The notes below the pieces were generated by a model that was not told where the DNA came from, made no database searches, and was given only the letters and a program-made list of their open reading frames with translations. The position numbers were made by a program, and so were the translations under genes. Positions 1 through 20,155 of a stretch of DNA of 64,000 bases are shown piece after piece. Within the stretch, counting starts at the first letter, position 1; each line of letters opens with the position of its first letter. Source of the stretch: Tubiluchus corallicola (lineage: Eukaryota; Animalia; Priapulida); NCBI GenBank assembly GCA_030141605.1, contig JAQGDQ010000122.1:310001-374000 (forward strand). Direction: 5' to 3'.

Positions 1-1805
1 ATAGTGTTTGGATAAATGGGCTATTGTACAAGTTGTGTCAATATGGTATCAAAGGAAACATGTTGTGTCTTATTAGTACATTTTTAAAAAATAGGAATAA
101 CTTATTAATGGTCATACATCTCCAAAGTACAATTGTCAGTTGGGTCTCCCACAAGGTTCCGTTTTGTCACCATTACTGTTTTGCTGTATGTTATTGACAT
201 ATTTGAATCAATAGATGATAAAGTATGCTGTGAAAAATTTAAATATGCAGATGATGGTTCTTTCTAATCACAGCTGACACAAAATATGAATGTTATTTAA
301 AGCCCAAAAATGTTGTGATAAACTGTATACTTGGTGCAAGATGTGGCGGATGAACATAAACTGTGCCAAAAACAAAACTGAAGCCATTTTGTACAAGAAC
401 TCAAAAATTTTGAATTGGGAACCAGACCCACCAAACCTCAAATAAGGAAAGAATCCTATTGATTATGTAAGAAAAAGCAAAGTGCTGGGTGTCACAGTGG
501 ACAATCAATTAAATTTTAACGCTCACGTGTTAGATACCAGGAAAAAGACGTGGAAAACGTGGCACCAGATAAAGCAGTTTTGTTTCCGGCACAAAGGTTT
601 GCAAATGAAGACAGTTTTGAGACTTTCTAATATCATGGTACTTCCAACGATTTTGTACGCCTCGATAGCTTGGTTAGCAAAGAACATCACAGCTTATGAC
701 GATATACTATATGATGTGTTAAAAACTGCAACAGGAGTAGGTTTTAATCCCCCAAAAAATTGAAAGTGAATTAATTATAGGACTACCATCAATGGATGTT
801 ATTTATTCCGTTTTATCTGTTAAGTCAGTTTTGAAATTACTTACTTTACCTGCAGATGACTTAGTCAGAAAAGAACTAATTAAAGCAGATGAGAATTACA
901 TCAGTGCTGAATATTGCAACCATTTCCTGGCAGAACACCTAAATAAGTCTAGATTATTCTTAAAAACCATTAAAGGTCTAGACGCAAATCGAAATGAAAT
1001 GTTACAGTCAATTCCACAAGACAATTTAAAATATACAAAGAAAGAATGTCAAAAATTCTTAGAGTGTCTATGGAAAAGAAAACTGTTGCATTGCAACCAG
1101 TTAGCTGGAAACCCATTTGAAGAAGTTAAAGTTTGCGCAAAACCTTTAGATCTGCAAATAACAAGAAATGAACGTGTTATTGAAACTATTGCTTTCAACT
1201 TATTATTAGGGAGAGGTTGTAATGTGTTTAGCAATCGAATCGGTCTGATAGAAACTGATATGTGTAAATGCAATGCAAACAGCCAAACGCCAGAACGTAT
1301 AATTTTTAACTGTTCTCTAATAAAAGACGAACTCAGAAGGAAACTTGAAACTGCACTTCCATCTAGGCAACTTAAGGATATATACAGAATAAGAAGTAGA
1401 AATGCTATTGATGCGTTTGTAGTAATTGTTAAAAATGCTAAAGAGGAAAATGTAGCCGAAAAAACGTGGAGTTTATTTTTAAAAATGTGAAGTCCAGTTA
1501 CTGTCATTTTATAATACTTAGATTGCCACTTGTCAATGAAAATATAAAAGAGTTGTTTATAAAATTAGGTAAATATAAATTTAAATGTAAATCTAGCTAT
1601 GTTGCTTGTAGATGTTGATATGTTTTTGTATATAAGTGTTTTACTGTTATCGTAGTCACCAGTGATATTAAAAGGGATAATTGTAATTATTTTCTAACTT
1701 ATTATAATAATGCTCATACTGGTCCCCGCAAATAGAGGCAATTTATGTATATTATGTATGTATTTATGTTAATATATATAATAAAATAGAGTTATAATAA
1801 TAATA

Positions 1806-1810
<5 letters not shown>
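1..1810 (+). mobile_element. 3' part of a degenerate non-LTR retrotransposon (LINE, probably I/Jockey group): RT domain, C-terminal Cys motif, 3' UTR and (TAA)n tail
   Basis: Frameshifted RT motifs GLPQGSVLSPLLF (~143-181), KYADD (241-255) and LGVTVDNQLNFNAHV (482 ORF). The 792-1490 ORF ends in RIG..CKC....QTPER....C, a variant of the LINE CCHC motif. (TAA)n at ~1793-1810. Confidence 0.85.
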
Positions 1811-1857
<47 letters not shown>

Positions 1858-1945
1858 TCTCTCTCTCTCTCCCCCCCCCTCTCTCTCTCTCTCTCGCTCT
1901 TCCTCCCTTACTCCTCTCTGTCGCTCTCTCTCCCCATCTCTCTCC
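1811..1945. repeat. (CT)n microsatellite
   Basis: Directly visible. Confidence 0.95.
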
Positions 1946-2593
1946 AATTTTCTACTGGATTTTACACCTAGCTGACTGATAGTCATACCGAAAAAGGTCA
2001 CACAGACAATCGGCCAGATAGATAACATTTTACCGGATGAATGTGTTTAAGAAAAGGGGGAAAACTCGTATCGTCGTCTCTCTTCAAGCAATTGTAGCCG
2101 TTAAGTTAGATAGAGTGCTATTAAATATTAAATCTGGCTTTTTATAATTTAAAGGTTAACAGAGCAGCTATTCTAGTGCGCAATGTAACGCAAATTATAA
2201 TACCGGTTTTTCAAACACTGATTTTCGTAAACCTTTGCACATATAATTTCTCCCTCCCCCTCTCTCCGTAATATCATCACAGTGCAGTGCAGGGAGCAAA
2301 TAAAGTTATGTAACAGAAATGGATGGCATGTATCGGATTTTCAAATTTCAATTTTTCCCACTTCCGTTTGCTATGAGTCTCTTCCATAGCTTTCAGCCCC
2401 ACGAAAAAGCACTTACTTTATTCAGTTCAAAATTTTTTAACTAACAAAATTGTTATACAATAATTATTCTTATTGTAAATCAATTTTTTATTAACTAATA
2501 AAACACGACCACTAATCGATTTGAAATCAGCATCAAGATATGATCTTGAATAACCTGTTTTCGTGAAGTAATTTGAACTTTTTTGCACAAAAA

Positions 2594-3643
2594 ATGATTT
2601 TTCGTCTGCCGTGTTAGAAAGCCTTTGCGATTCTAAGACACTTCAGCAATGATTGTGATCTAGTGTCAAAAAATCATAAATTTAGTAGTTCACTGAACGT
2701 AACGGTCTCAATTAAACAATCACCACTCCTTCCACATAATTAGCAAAATAATTAGTTTCTGTAACGCTACAGCCATTGTGAGTTACTGAATCGTTCATTG
2801 AGTGTCTGATTCAAGACCAGGTCGACTGTGCGCAAAAAATATTTATAAAATAATATCGCGTTTAAATAAATTATCATTTGTGTCACCTGGCGCAAAAAGT
2901 ATCGTCAAATCAGCTTGACAATCTGTACTGATAGTTGTGAAACGAATGAACGTTTCTTTGCAGCACGGAATTATTTACTCCTGCAAAGAAACGTTCATTC
3001 GTTTCACAACTATCAGTACAGATTGTCGTTGATTTGACGATACTTTTTAAAGCACAATGATAATTTATTTAAACGCGATATTATTTTATAAATATTTTTG
3101 CGCACAGTCGACCTGGTCTTGAATCAGACACTCAATGAACGATTCAGTAACTCACAATGGCTGTAGCGTTGAAACTAATTATTTTGCTGTTCGCGTGAAG
3201 CTGCGTGATTATAATTGAGACCAAGTTACGTTCAGTGAACTACTAAATTTATGATTTTTCGTCTGCCGTGTTAGAAAGCCTTTGCGATTCTAAGACACTT
3301 CAGCAATGATTGTGATCTAGTGTCAAAAAATCATAAATTTAGTAGTTCACTGAACGTAACGGTCTCAATTAAACAATCACCACTCCTTCCACATAATTAG
3401 CAAAATAATTAGTTTCTGTAACGCTACAGCCATTGTGAGTTACTGAATCGTTCATTGAGTGTCTGATTCAAGACCAGGTCGACTGTGCGCAAAAAATATT
3501 TATAAAATAATATCGCGTTTAAATAAATTATCATTTGTGTCACCTGGCGCAAAAAGTATCGTCAAATCAGCTTGACAATCTGTACTGATAGTTGTGAAAC
3601 GAATGAACGTTTCTTTGCAGGAGTAAATAATTCCGTGCTGCAA
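2594..3643. repeat. Inverted triplication (direct-inverted-direct) of a ~300-390 bp segment
   Basis: 2594-2963 recurs at 3251-3620. The middle 2964-3259 is the reverse complement of the shared segment. Confidence 0.92.
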
Positions 3644-4124
3644 GCCGTTCTTACAAAAAGATGCCTTCAAGAAGTTTTGCGGTAAGGTTCGTTTAGAAAT
3701 TTTTAATTTATTAAGAATTTGCTTTCAAGTTGATCATGCAACCAACCTCACTCTGCTGAATTTGCAGCACGGCTAAACAGTTTTTATTGCCATTTAATAA
3801 ATTGTCAATTTTTCTATCAGCTTAATGCAGCGGAACTTGACAAAATGAAAAGTATGCTTGCCTTTAATAATTTTAGTTGACAACTCTCAATAATGATATT
3901 GACAATAAGGCCATTACGAGCAGTATTTACTGCTATACGAAAATTCACGGCCAAACTACAGCCGAAAGATTTTATTATACGTGCAAACGTTTGTAAATTT
4001 ATTAAAATTAATTAAAATGCAAAATTAAAATTAGGGAAATGCAAAAAAGTTGGACTTATTTTAACAAATTCGAATCAAACTGAAACTCGCTGAATTCGAG
4101 ATCATGGATTAGACTTGATGTCAA

Positions 4125-4680
4125 TGCCTCCATCTTGAATTTGAAATGGTGGCCGAAAAACCTGCTTTGTCAGTGAATGTGAAGATCGTTCTAGTACATG
4201 TCTGTAACGCATCATGACGATCCATTGCGAACTGGCAAAGCGTTAGGCGTTTGGTGATGTTATGGCCGCCATCTTGAACTGAAAGTGGTGGATTGGAAAT
4301 CCGATTTCGTCAGTGGATACAGATTTTTTTCTAATGCGTTTGCATGAAGTTTCACGACGATATATTGCGAATCGGCGGAGCCTTCGTTTTTTTAACATAA
4401 TGTTATCACCGCCATCTTGAATTTAAAATGGCGGATTGAAATTCGACACAATCAGTCGATGAGGAATTCGTTCTAGTATAATCTAATAAAGTTTCACGAG
4501 GATTGGTTGCGAACCGACGAAGTCTTACGCTGTTTTTCTTAAATAATATTTTTGTTGTCATCTTGAATTCAAAGTGGCGGACCGAAAATCCCACTCAGTT
4601 ATAGTATGGTATATTATATATTATAGTATATTCGTATGAAGTTTCATGACAATCCATTGTGAATTCACGATGATGAATTC
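4125..4680 (+). repeat. Degenerate ~143-bp tandem repeat (about 4 units, GCCATCTTGAAT...AAATGGCGG core) of a dispersed family
   Basis: Units start near 4128, 4268, 4411 and 4557. Related units occur at ~17755-18125. Confidence 0.75.
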
Positions 4681-7654
4681 GTGATGTGTGTGGATGTTTC
4701 CATGCGTTTCCACATTAACTACCTTGCTAACAACATTACAAATGAACATGCTACTGTTTGCAAGTTTAAAAAAGGTTAAACTATTTAGTATTAGAACATA
4801 ACTCTAAATTATACCATTTGTAATTGTTTTGAAATTTATCATTCAACTTAATTAGTGCAAGTAAGTAAAGAAGAAAAAGAAGCAGTATAATAAAGAAAGA
4901 GAAGATGAAGAAATTGCAGAAGCAGATTTGCTTGTCACCTGATAAGTGTGGCCGCTTTCTACCCCTTTTGCACATTGCCATGTTGGCTGCTATGGCACAT
5001 TAATTAAGATTCAAACTCTACACTAAATCTAATCATTACATTTTTTCGTTCTCATTACCGTTCATCACCGTTCTCACTACATCTTCATACTCGTTACCTA
5101 GCAGGCTTTGTTTGTTTTTGTCTTGCACTTCCTGCACTTCCGTTGTTTTATATTGCCTGTTCGGCTTATATCTTTCAAGTTTACATTCTGAAATGAGCAG
5201 ACAATAATTTGTGCCGCCCATTCTAATTTGTTTTCCTATATCTTATTTTAAGATTATTTCTGATATCTCTATATTGTACATTTTTGTGTAAGAGTTTGTC
5301 ATTTCTGTATTATTGGCTTTGGAATAAATACGCTATATAAACTACATGTCCGCGAGCCCTATGCGTATATTACTCACGCTGCTCTTTCTTGAAACAATTT
5401 TTGGAAGCAATGTCTCTGTCGAAATTTCAGCACGATAATTACAGCGCTGGCACTAGCTTATTACTGTACTATTAGACGGAAGCCCACACTGTATCTCGAC
5501 ACTAGGCGGAGGAGCTGCACAAGCAGCCAACGGCTAGACGGCGGAGGAGGTCAAGTGACCCAACGGCCATGTGTAGAGGAGTAAACCTTCCAAATCAGGA
5601 GAGGAGCCCCGAAGGCGGACCAGTACAGCATGCCCACTGACTCCGGCAGCTCCTGCAGCCAACCTGGTGCCAAACGTATCGCTCCGCTTTCCTTTGGACT
5701 ACACCAGGGAGGAAGAGAGGGGGTTCCTGTTGTCTGGGCATCTCAGGATCTCCATACACATTGCCCAGGCGTGCGACCTGGAGAGGCCACTCCAGTGGCT
5801 CAAGGATCAGAAGGCTCAGCCACAGTAGACGCTGCAGCTCCATCAATAACTGACTCTCTTGGCACACACTCCATTGTCTTCCCAGACAGAAGGATGCCAA
5901 CAACAATTAGATGGAAGAGGAAGTACAGGGTGCATAACATTTTGCGTACGAGAAAACATTAGGGTGCGTACTCACCGCGAAAGTACCGCAACTAGAAAGT
6001 ACATGCAGAACAACAGAATTTTACTCATTTTCTATCTTTCAAAAACTCAAATGAAAGAAAAGTTAGTGTTGTTGTTCATAAGTTTTAGAAGTGACCAAAA
6101 CTCACCTAACCACTGACCAGGAACCAGCGAAAATGATGGGAAACTTGGAAACTCGCTATATCACCTAGGCAACGGCGGTTTCCCGTTTGCGTGTTGCTGC
6201 GTAATGCGTATTCGGACAATAGCGATCACGTTTGAGTGAATACGGATGACGCATCATGCACTACGGATTGCGCATTACATCCACAAAGAAAGATTCCATA
6301 TACTTAAATACAAACTGCTGCATACGCGCTACGTATTACGGGTACATGGTCACCTTAAAACCCTAAAGGGTTACGAGTCTTACCCTAAAAGGTGAACTCA
6401 CAATAACATAACAACGAGAGCGACAACGACAACGACAATGACAACGACAATGACAGCAAAAATATCAGGAAGAGTGCGGATTCGGTTCAATTCCTTCGAC
6501 CAATAATTGATAAGAATTTTAGAAATTTTCAATAACAAAAATAAGTCACAAATTAATTTATTTCCATCAACCAGAAGCATTATGAAGACCAGTAACATTA
6601 ATTTTCAGAACATGCAATTATTAAAATAAGGGCTACGCTAATTTGGATTTTCTATACTGGGTATGGAAGTCCTAAACCATACTATTTTTATCTACATGAA
6701 TCTTCTTTAAATTAATATGTTGTACTAAAAGATCCCTCTTGAAACACTTTACACGATACTGTGATATTGCCCCCCCCCCCAAAAAAAAAATTGCAGGTCT
6801 ACGTCAAAACCGGTTAATCCGCTCGCTTTCCCACCTAGTGTTAACTTTTATCACAAGACATGTATGGAATTAACAAGAATGACGATCCGCCCCATCAGAA
6901 AAAGATAATTGTTGAAACATGGACTGTTAATTATATTATAATTACAGTAGAGTGTTGTTATAATTTAGTTTCATGGTCTTTCATCGTAATGCTAATAAGC
7001 GTAATTACATTAAAATTACGTGTGAAAGCAGTCAGAGAATTTTGACAATTATAAATCAGCCGTTACGTTGTACTTCTAAATGATATTTTTATTGAGGAAC
7101 TCTGAAACAACGACACCATTAATAATTATTTTTGATAAAGAGAGAAATTTGTACCCTGGCATTGAAATTCAGTAACCATGACGACCGGACAGAGAAAGAC
7201 GCAGTAGAATTTTCAAGGGGAATATTGCAGGTTTTGTGGGTTATAAAAAGTTGACCAATGACCAAAGAACACAATAAGCTGTAGTTTTTCCTCCTTCAAC
7301 GAAGTAAACAATGTTTCGTAACAGGAACAGCAAAGAGCGATTATAATATTAAACTGTGATGAATAGATTGTGATGAACCATTCATTGACTAACTTTAGTG
7401 CTACTTAATTACAGTAAGAATCATTACCTCTCGGTTTTACAAGTCAAATGTAGACATAGGAATTTCGAATGTGTTTTGGTAACTCAAATGTCACTTAGGT
7501 AAGTCAAATGTAGATACGGTACTTTGAATAAATAGGTAATTTACTCATTTAAGTGCAAGTTACAAAAAGATAAACCAAATTAAAATTGTATTTTATGGTC
7601 ATGGTGCTATGCATAAAACGTTCTCTATTCATTCCACCTTCTAGGTTAAGAAAT

Positions 7655-8231
7655 GATATATCAGGCCATTTGTATTGCTTACTGCAAAGTCATGGTAAGA
7701 TTGCCTCTGTGATGACTAGCCACAACTCGCACTGCTCTTTGACCCTGTTTTGCCCTTCCTCTCGTCCTCTTCATCCACAGGTTTATGCCCGCCTCGTTAA
7801 TGAATATAATTTCACATTGCAAACCTCTCCATCAACCAGTGTGCATAAAGAAAGCGTTCGTGCTTCACTCTTTCACTATTTCTATCCTCTACAGCGTCTT
7901 CAAAATTCTTCATTACAATCAGGCGACCTTTTAAAACATTGGCTAACGTTGAACGGGTTGTGCGTTGTTTCTCGGGCATATCTCGGCGCATAGACGCAAT
8001 GATTTGCTCTATCGTAAATTTTGGATGAGTCTCTATAAGATTAACGGCGTAGTCTCCAATTTCTTCATCGACAAGCTTTCTAGTGAAACCGCCACGTGGT
8101 TTGACAAGCCTACCCTCCAGAGCTCCCTTAATAATAGCCATTACGGTTGATTTTTTTATACTAAGTTGCCGTGCAAAAAGTAGTGCTCTCACGGTGCTCT
8201 CACATGATTCGAAACAACATCTTCCCGGCAT
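7655..8231 (-). mobile_element. Degenerate IS630/Tc1/mariner-superfamily transposase fragment
   Basis: The 7812-8231 ORF has an HTH-like ARQLSIKKSTV..II..PRGG segment. After a frameshift it continues EIIFINEAGINLWMKRTRGRAKQGQRA..RGNLT, the first DDE motif (normally F.DE.G) with D changed to N. Confidence 0.8.
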
Positions 8232-8469
8232 GTTAAGATCAGCAAAGCCATGTAAACCAATGTGTAGACATCTTTCACCACCATAAATAGATCATTAGCT
8301 TTCCAAACGTCAGCTAATGGAAAGTCAGGTAAAACGTGAAAAGGCAGGTTAGCCAACCAAAGTCAAGTTGCATATCCCCGTGTCAATGAAATCTGTGTCA
8401 TGAACGTACGGAAATCTATGCGTTTGGCTTCAATCCGATTAAAGTGTAGTAACGTACAGTTAAACGTTT

Positions 8470-9360
8470 AACCCAACCCATAGGGAACGAACATTTCCCA
8501 AACTAACAAATACTACCTAGTTGATTGTAACGATCTAGAAGCAATTTACACTTAGTGAACATAAGTAAAGAAAAGCTACGAAATATCTTTTCAAAATAGG
8601 TGTCAAAATACGAAATTAAAGTTTACTGTTTATCTGCAAGTTAAAACACGGCTTAATAATTCAACCTGGGTCTTTACAGTGGCCCCTCTCAAATGAGTGC
8701 CGAAATACCGATATTTGGCTTGCAATATAGTAAGGGTTTCAGCAGTACAAGAAGTTTTGGATAAAGATAATAAACATATTTATATTAACAGAACCAAAAT
8801 AAGTCTGTTTCAACATGTTCAGCATCGAGAGAAAAAAGGTTTTCCCAACCAAAACCTTTGGCATTCAAGCGGTACTCTACTGTGTTTCGAACATGTCAAA
8901 ATGTGCATGTTATACTTGTTATGTAAAACGTTGATCATGTTTTAGCAAAAATATATAACTGTGACATATATTGGTTATGCGCGTGATAATGTGTCAGCAG
9001 GCACGTTCTTTCGGCCAGGTAGATGTTTCACAGTTAAAAAATAGTTTTGCAGAATGAGTGCCCACCTTGAAATTCTCCTATTGGAGTGTCTCATTCTGTG
9101 GAAATGTTGCAAAGGGGAGTGGTCGCAGCGTATTATGAATTCACGCACTTCGTGATAATAATTCCACTTCTCATCAGCATGGACAATAACCCAATAACCC
9201 AACCCGGCGGGGGGGAGACGAACATTTCCTAAACAAACAAATGGTACCTAGTTGATTGTAACGATCTAGAAACAATTTACACTTAGTGAACATAAATAAA
9301 TGAAAGGTGTCAAAATACGAAATTAAAGTTTACTGTTTATCTGCAAGTTAAAATACGACT
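8470..9360 (-). mobile_element. Internally deleted Ty3/Gypsy LTR element relic: RNase H C-terminus flanked by LTR-like direct repeats
   Basis: 8975-9150 reads FIIRCDHSPL..SNRRISRWALILQNYFLTVKHLPGRKNVPADTLSRA*. A purine-rich GAGAGGGG tract precedes a TG at 8678 on the minus strand. ~165-bp direct repeats at ~8470-8650 and ~9195-9357. Confidence 0.75.
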
Positions 9361-9706
9361 CACGGAACTCGATTCTAACAATCAGCAAAGTGCATTTTAA
9401 ATGGTTGAAATGTTTTATTAGGTTTTTTGTCATGACACAGTTACTAATTTCTCCAACGAGGTCAGTTTGTTGGCGCTCCAAAGCCCCGCAAATTATGGAG
9501 TAAACGACAAACACTATTCCAAAAGAGCATGAACCCTACATGTGCAGGGGCATAAGAAGAAAGCTGATTTCCTGATTTAAAACGAACCATTGTGCAATCG
9601 AAAAGTAATGCATAGTAAATTATTGCATGAAAAGTTTGGACGGTTATAGCATTGTAATTTAAGTTTATTGTTATATTATCATTATGTCGTAAGTAATTGC
9701 ATGTGG

Positions 9707-9715
9707 TATATAAAG
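9707..9715 (+). promoter_or_regulatory. Candidate TATA box of pentraxin unit 1
   Basis: TATATAAAG ~50 bp upstream of ATG 9763. Confidence 0.45.
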
Positions 9716-9762
9716 GACAGTTTCTATTTAGGCGAGCGATAGGTAGTATCGATAGTATCGAG

Positions 9763-11188
9763 ATGTTCTTGAATAGTCAACGTATGAGTTTTTTTTTTGT
9801 TGTTGCTGTTATAGTTTTAGCAGTACTGATTAGTGAAGATGTTTGTGATGCTAAACAACGTACTCGCAAACGCAGAACTAACAAAGGTGAACACTAATTT
9901 GTTGTACATTTAATCTGAAAATAATAGCTTGATGAAAAATTGAACTCGTAATTATTGATCTTTTGTTACCAAACTTGATTGGCAGAAATCAAGAAAAAAA
10001 TATTCAAGATTTGAACTAGAAACTTTGGACTACAAGCCTAATGACATTATGAACATGACTGCATAACCGTGCGTTGAAAATGAAAATACAAAGGACTTCT
10101 GGTTCAAATCTTCCCTCAGCTCCGAGCTTTACATTTGCTTTCTGTTCATCAAATTTCGTTTCAAAAAATCAATAATTGCGAGTTCGTTCAGTAAAAGGTG
10201 GGTATGGCAATCGGCAATTGAAGAAACATAGAGGTCGTCCAGTAGAACTAGAAGAAGCAAATTGTTTTGACGTAGAGGAAGCGTTCACTAAATTTGTATT
10301 TGAGAAGTTCAGCGATACTGACTACATAAAGATAAATGACGTTATAACGAAACCTACTGAAGCCTTGATGATAGGCTTGTGGATACAGCCGCATCCAGAT
10401 GCTCGAAGCGCTTCAGAAGAAACGCTCATTTCTTATGCCACGCAAACAAAGCCAGATGTCTTCCGACTCGCTCTCGAAGACGATTCCTTGACTTTGTACG
10501 TGAACGGAGTTCCTATACCAGCTAACACACTAGCAGTAAATATTAGACAGTCCTTTGGGAGGCATTACATCTGCGCTGGTTATGACAGCACTACTAGAAC
10601 TTATTGGGTAAGTGTAGATGCTCATCGCATTGATAGACTTACATGCAGCCCTGAGGATTGTGGTGGCATAAATAGCGAAGGAGATTTTTTTGCGACAGTG
10701 ATTGCTTTTCTTACAATGACTGTTGTCCTGACGTTTGCGATGTTTGCAGTGAAGACTTTCCAACAGAGTGCTCAGGCCAGCCTTTCCAACAGCTAGCTGG
10801 CCAAAGTCCTGTTCTAGGAAGACCACGGACAGAAGATTCTGAGCGAAATGCAAACAGTGAACGACCTCGACGTGTACGTAGCCAGGCCACAGTAGACGTA
10901 CCAAATGGCACTGATCCCAATTTTGTAGCATTTGGAATGTTTGACGTTGACCTTGGAAAGATCCAGAGTGACGGATGTTTGGTGTTCGGATTTCACTTGG
11001 TACTGTTATCCTCAAATTTTGATAACGTGTATACGTTGCTAAAAAAGTCAAAGCTCATTTTCACTTCAATGTCAAGGTCCTTTCACGACTTTGACGTGAT
11101 AATTTTTTTTACTGCTACTCGTTCTTTGTTCCCACTAGCAAAAGGTAAAATGTTAAGTACCACCCTGTACAATATCGTCTTTGCCTAA
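9763..11188 (+). CDS. Pentraxin-domain secreted protein, unit 1, with an inserted somatomedin-B-like module; frameshifted in this sequence (pseudogene or consensus errors)
   Basis: Exon 9763/9784-9886 encodes a signal peptide (MSFFFVVAVIVLAVLISEDVCDA) plus KQRTRKRR; acceptor at 9985. 10250-10640 gives pentraxin strands (IGLWIQP, TLISYA, LTLYVNG, HYICAGYDS, YWVSVDA). A shifted frame from ~10688 reads FCDSDCFSYNDCCPDVCDVC...GKIQSDGCLVFG, open to stop 11188. Confidence 0.7.
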
Positions 11189-11271
11189 AATAAGATAACT
11201 TTTTGTCTGAAGTTAACTCATTTGCACTAACTAAATCTAAATTACAAGAATTATATAGCTATATTAAATGC

Positions 11272-19016
<7,745 letters not shown>

Positions 19017-19754
19017 TGGCTTAATAAAACAATAACTATACATTAGGAAATTATAATGCTAGTAAAACTAAAAAAATTATTATCATTACATGTAAGGGTT
19101 CAAATTGCCCATGTTTCCTTTTTATTTTTAGAGGTTTACGTTTTTTTAACTGAGCTACACGATCAATGCTTTCTATTTAGCCTAAGTATGAGCATATATA
19201 ATAACTTACATGCTGTTAAAACATGTTCAAATTTATGTATAGTATGTGTTTATTTCTAAAGATTTTTATGTGAGCATCAATTTAACTGTATATTTTAAAT
19301 TACTAATTAATATGTTCAGCACTAGACTAACTAAATTCTGTAATTATATTTAATGAAATAATTTACAAGGAGTAATTTTTAATAATCATGCTCACGCATC
19401 TGAGAAGTGAAGGACTCAGTAAGTACACATAATACTTCACCCACCTCGTGTTTCATAAAATATGATGCAGGCTTACTTAAAATTACGTAATAAATTGAGT
19501 TACACCATGAGCAAATACAAGCTACAGCTCATGTTACTAAAGAACTTTGTCAGACTTTAGTATTCAGAATGCAAGCTTCATTTAAACAGTGGTAATCGTA
19601 ATGAATGTAACACGGAATTAAAAACCATTAAAGGCCCGTCGTCATTAGCAACGCGTCTTAATTAACTTGATGAGTCATTTAAAAAATAAGTTACCGAGAA
19701 TTGAAAACAGACAGCAGAAAAGTAGCAAGTAGTGAAGAAATGGAATTTAAGAAC

Positions 19755-20155
19755 ATTAGGTACAAGTAAGTTTGATACAGGCAAATTTGCTACAGGTAAA
19801 ATAGGTACGAGGAAAGTTTGGTACTAGGAATTTTTAGTACGTGGTAATTCTGGTGCAGGTAAAGTTGGTACTATTATGTTTAGGTACAAGGAATTTTTGA
19901 TACTAGGAAAATGTGGCACAGGGAATGTTTGGTACGAGGAAAATATGATACATGATTGTTTAGTACTTAGAAATATTAGTACAAGGAAGTTTTGGTACTG
20001 AGAAAACATGGTACGAGGAAAATTTCGTACTAGGAAAGTTTGATACTGGAAAGTTTGATACTAAACGATATAAATTATATCTCAGTGTAAAATAAATGTT
20101 TCAACTAGAAAATAGGACGGTTTATCCAGTAAGAAGGAAATTTGATACTAAGAAA
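19755..20155. repeat. Degenerate ~20-bp minisatellite (GGTACGAGGAAAGTTTGGTACT-like)
   Basis: Recurrent GTAC/GATAC..GGAA..TTTG units. Confidence 0.8.

Noticed and set aside
10690-10796. Apparent transmembrane tail of ORF 10176 (FFATVIAFLTMTVVLTFAMFAV)
   Set aside because: Most likely the out-of-frame reading of the Cys-rich SMB sequence.
10693-11137. Possible inversion suggested by minus-strand ORFs and TTTTGC/GCAAAA ends
   Set aside because: A 1-nt shift on the + strand gives a coherent SMB and pentraxin reading; the minus ORFs are antisense shadows.
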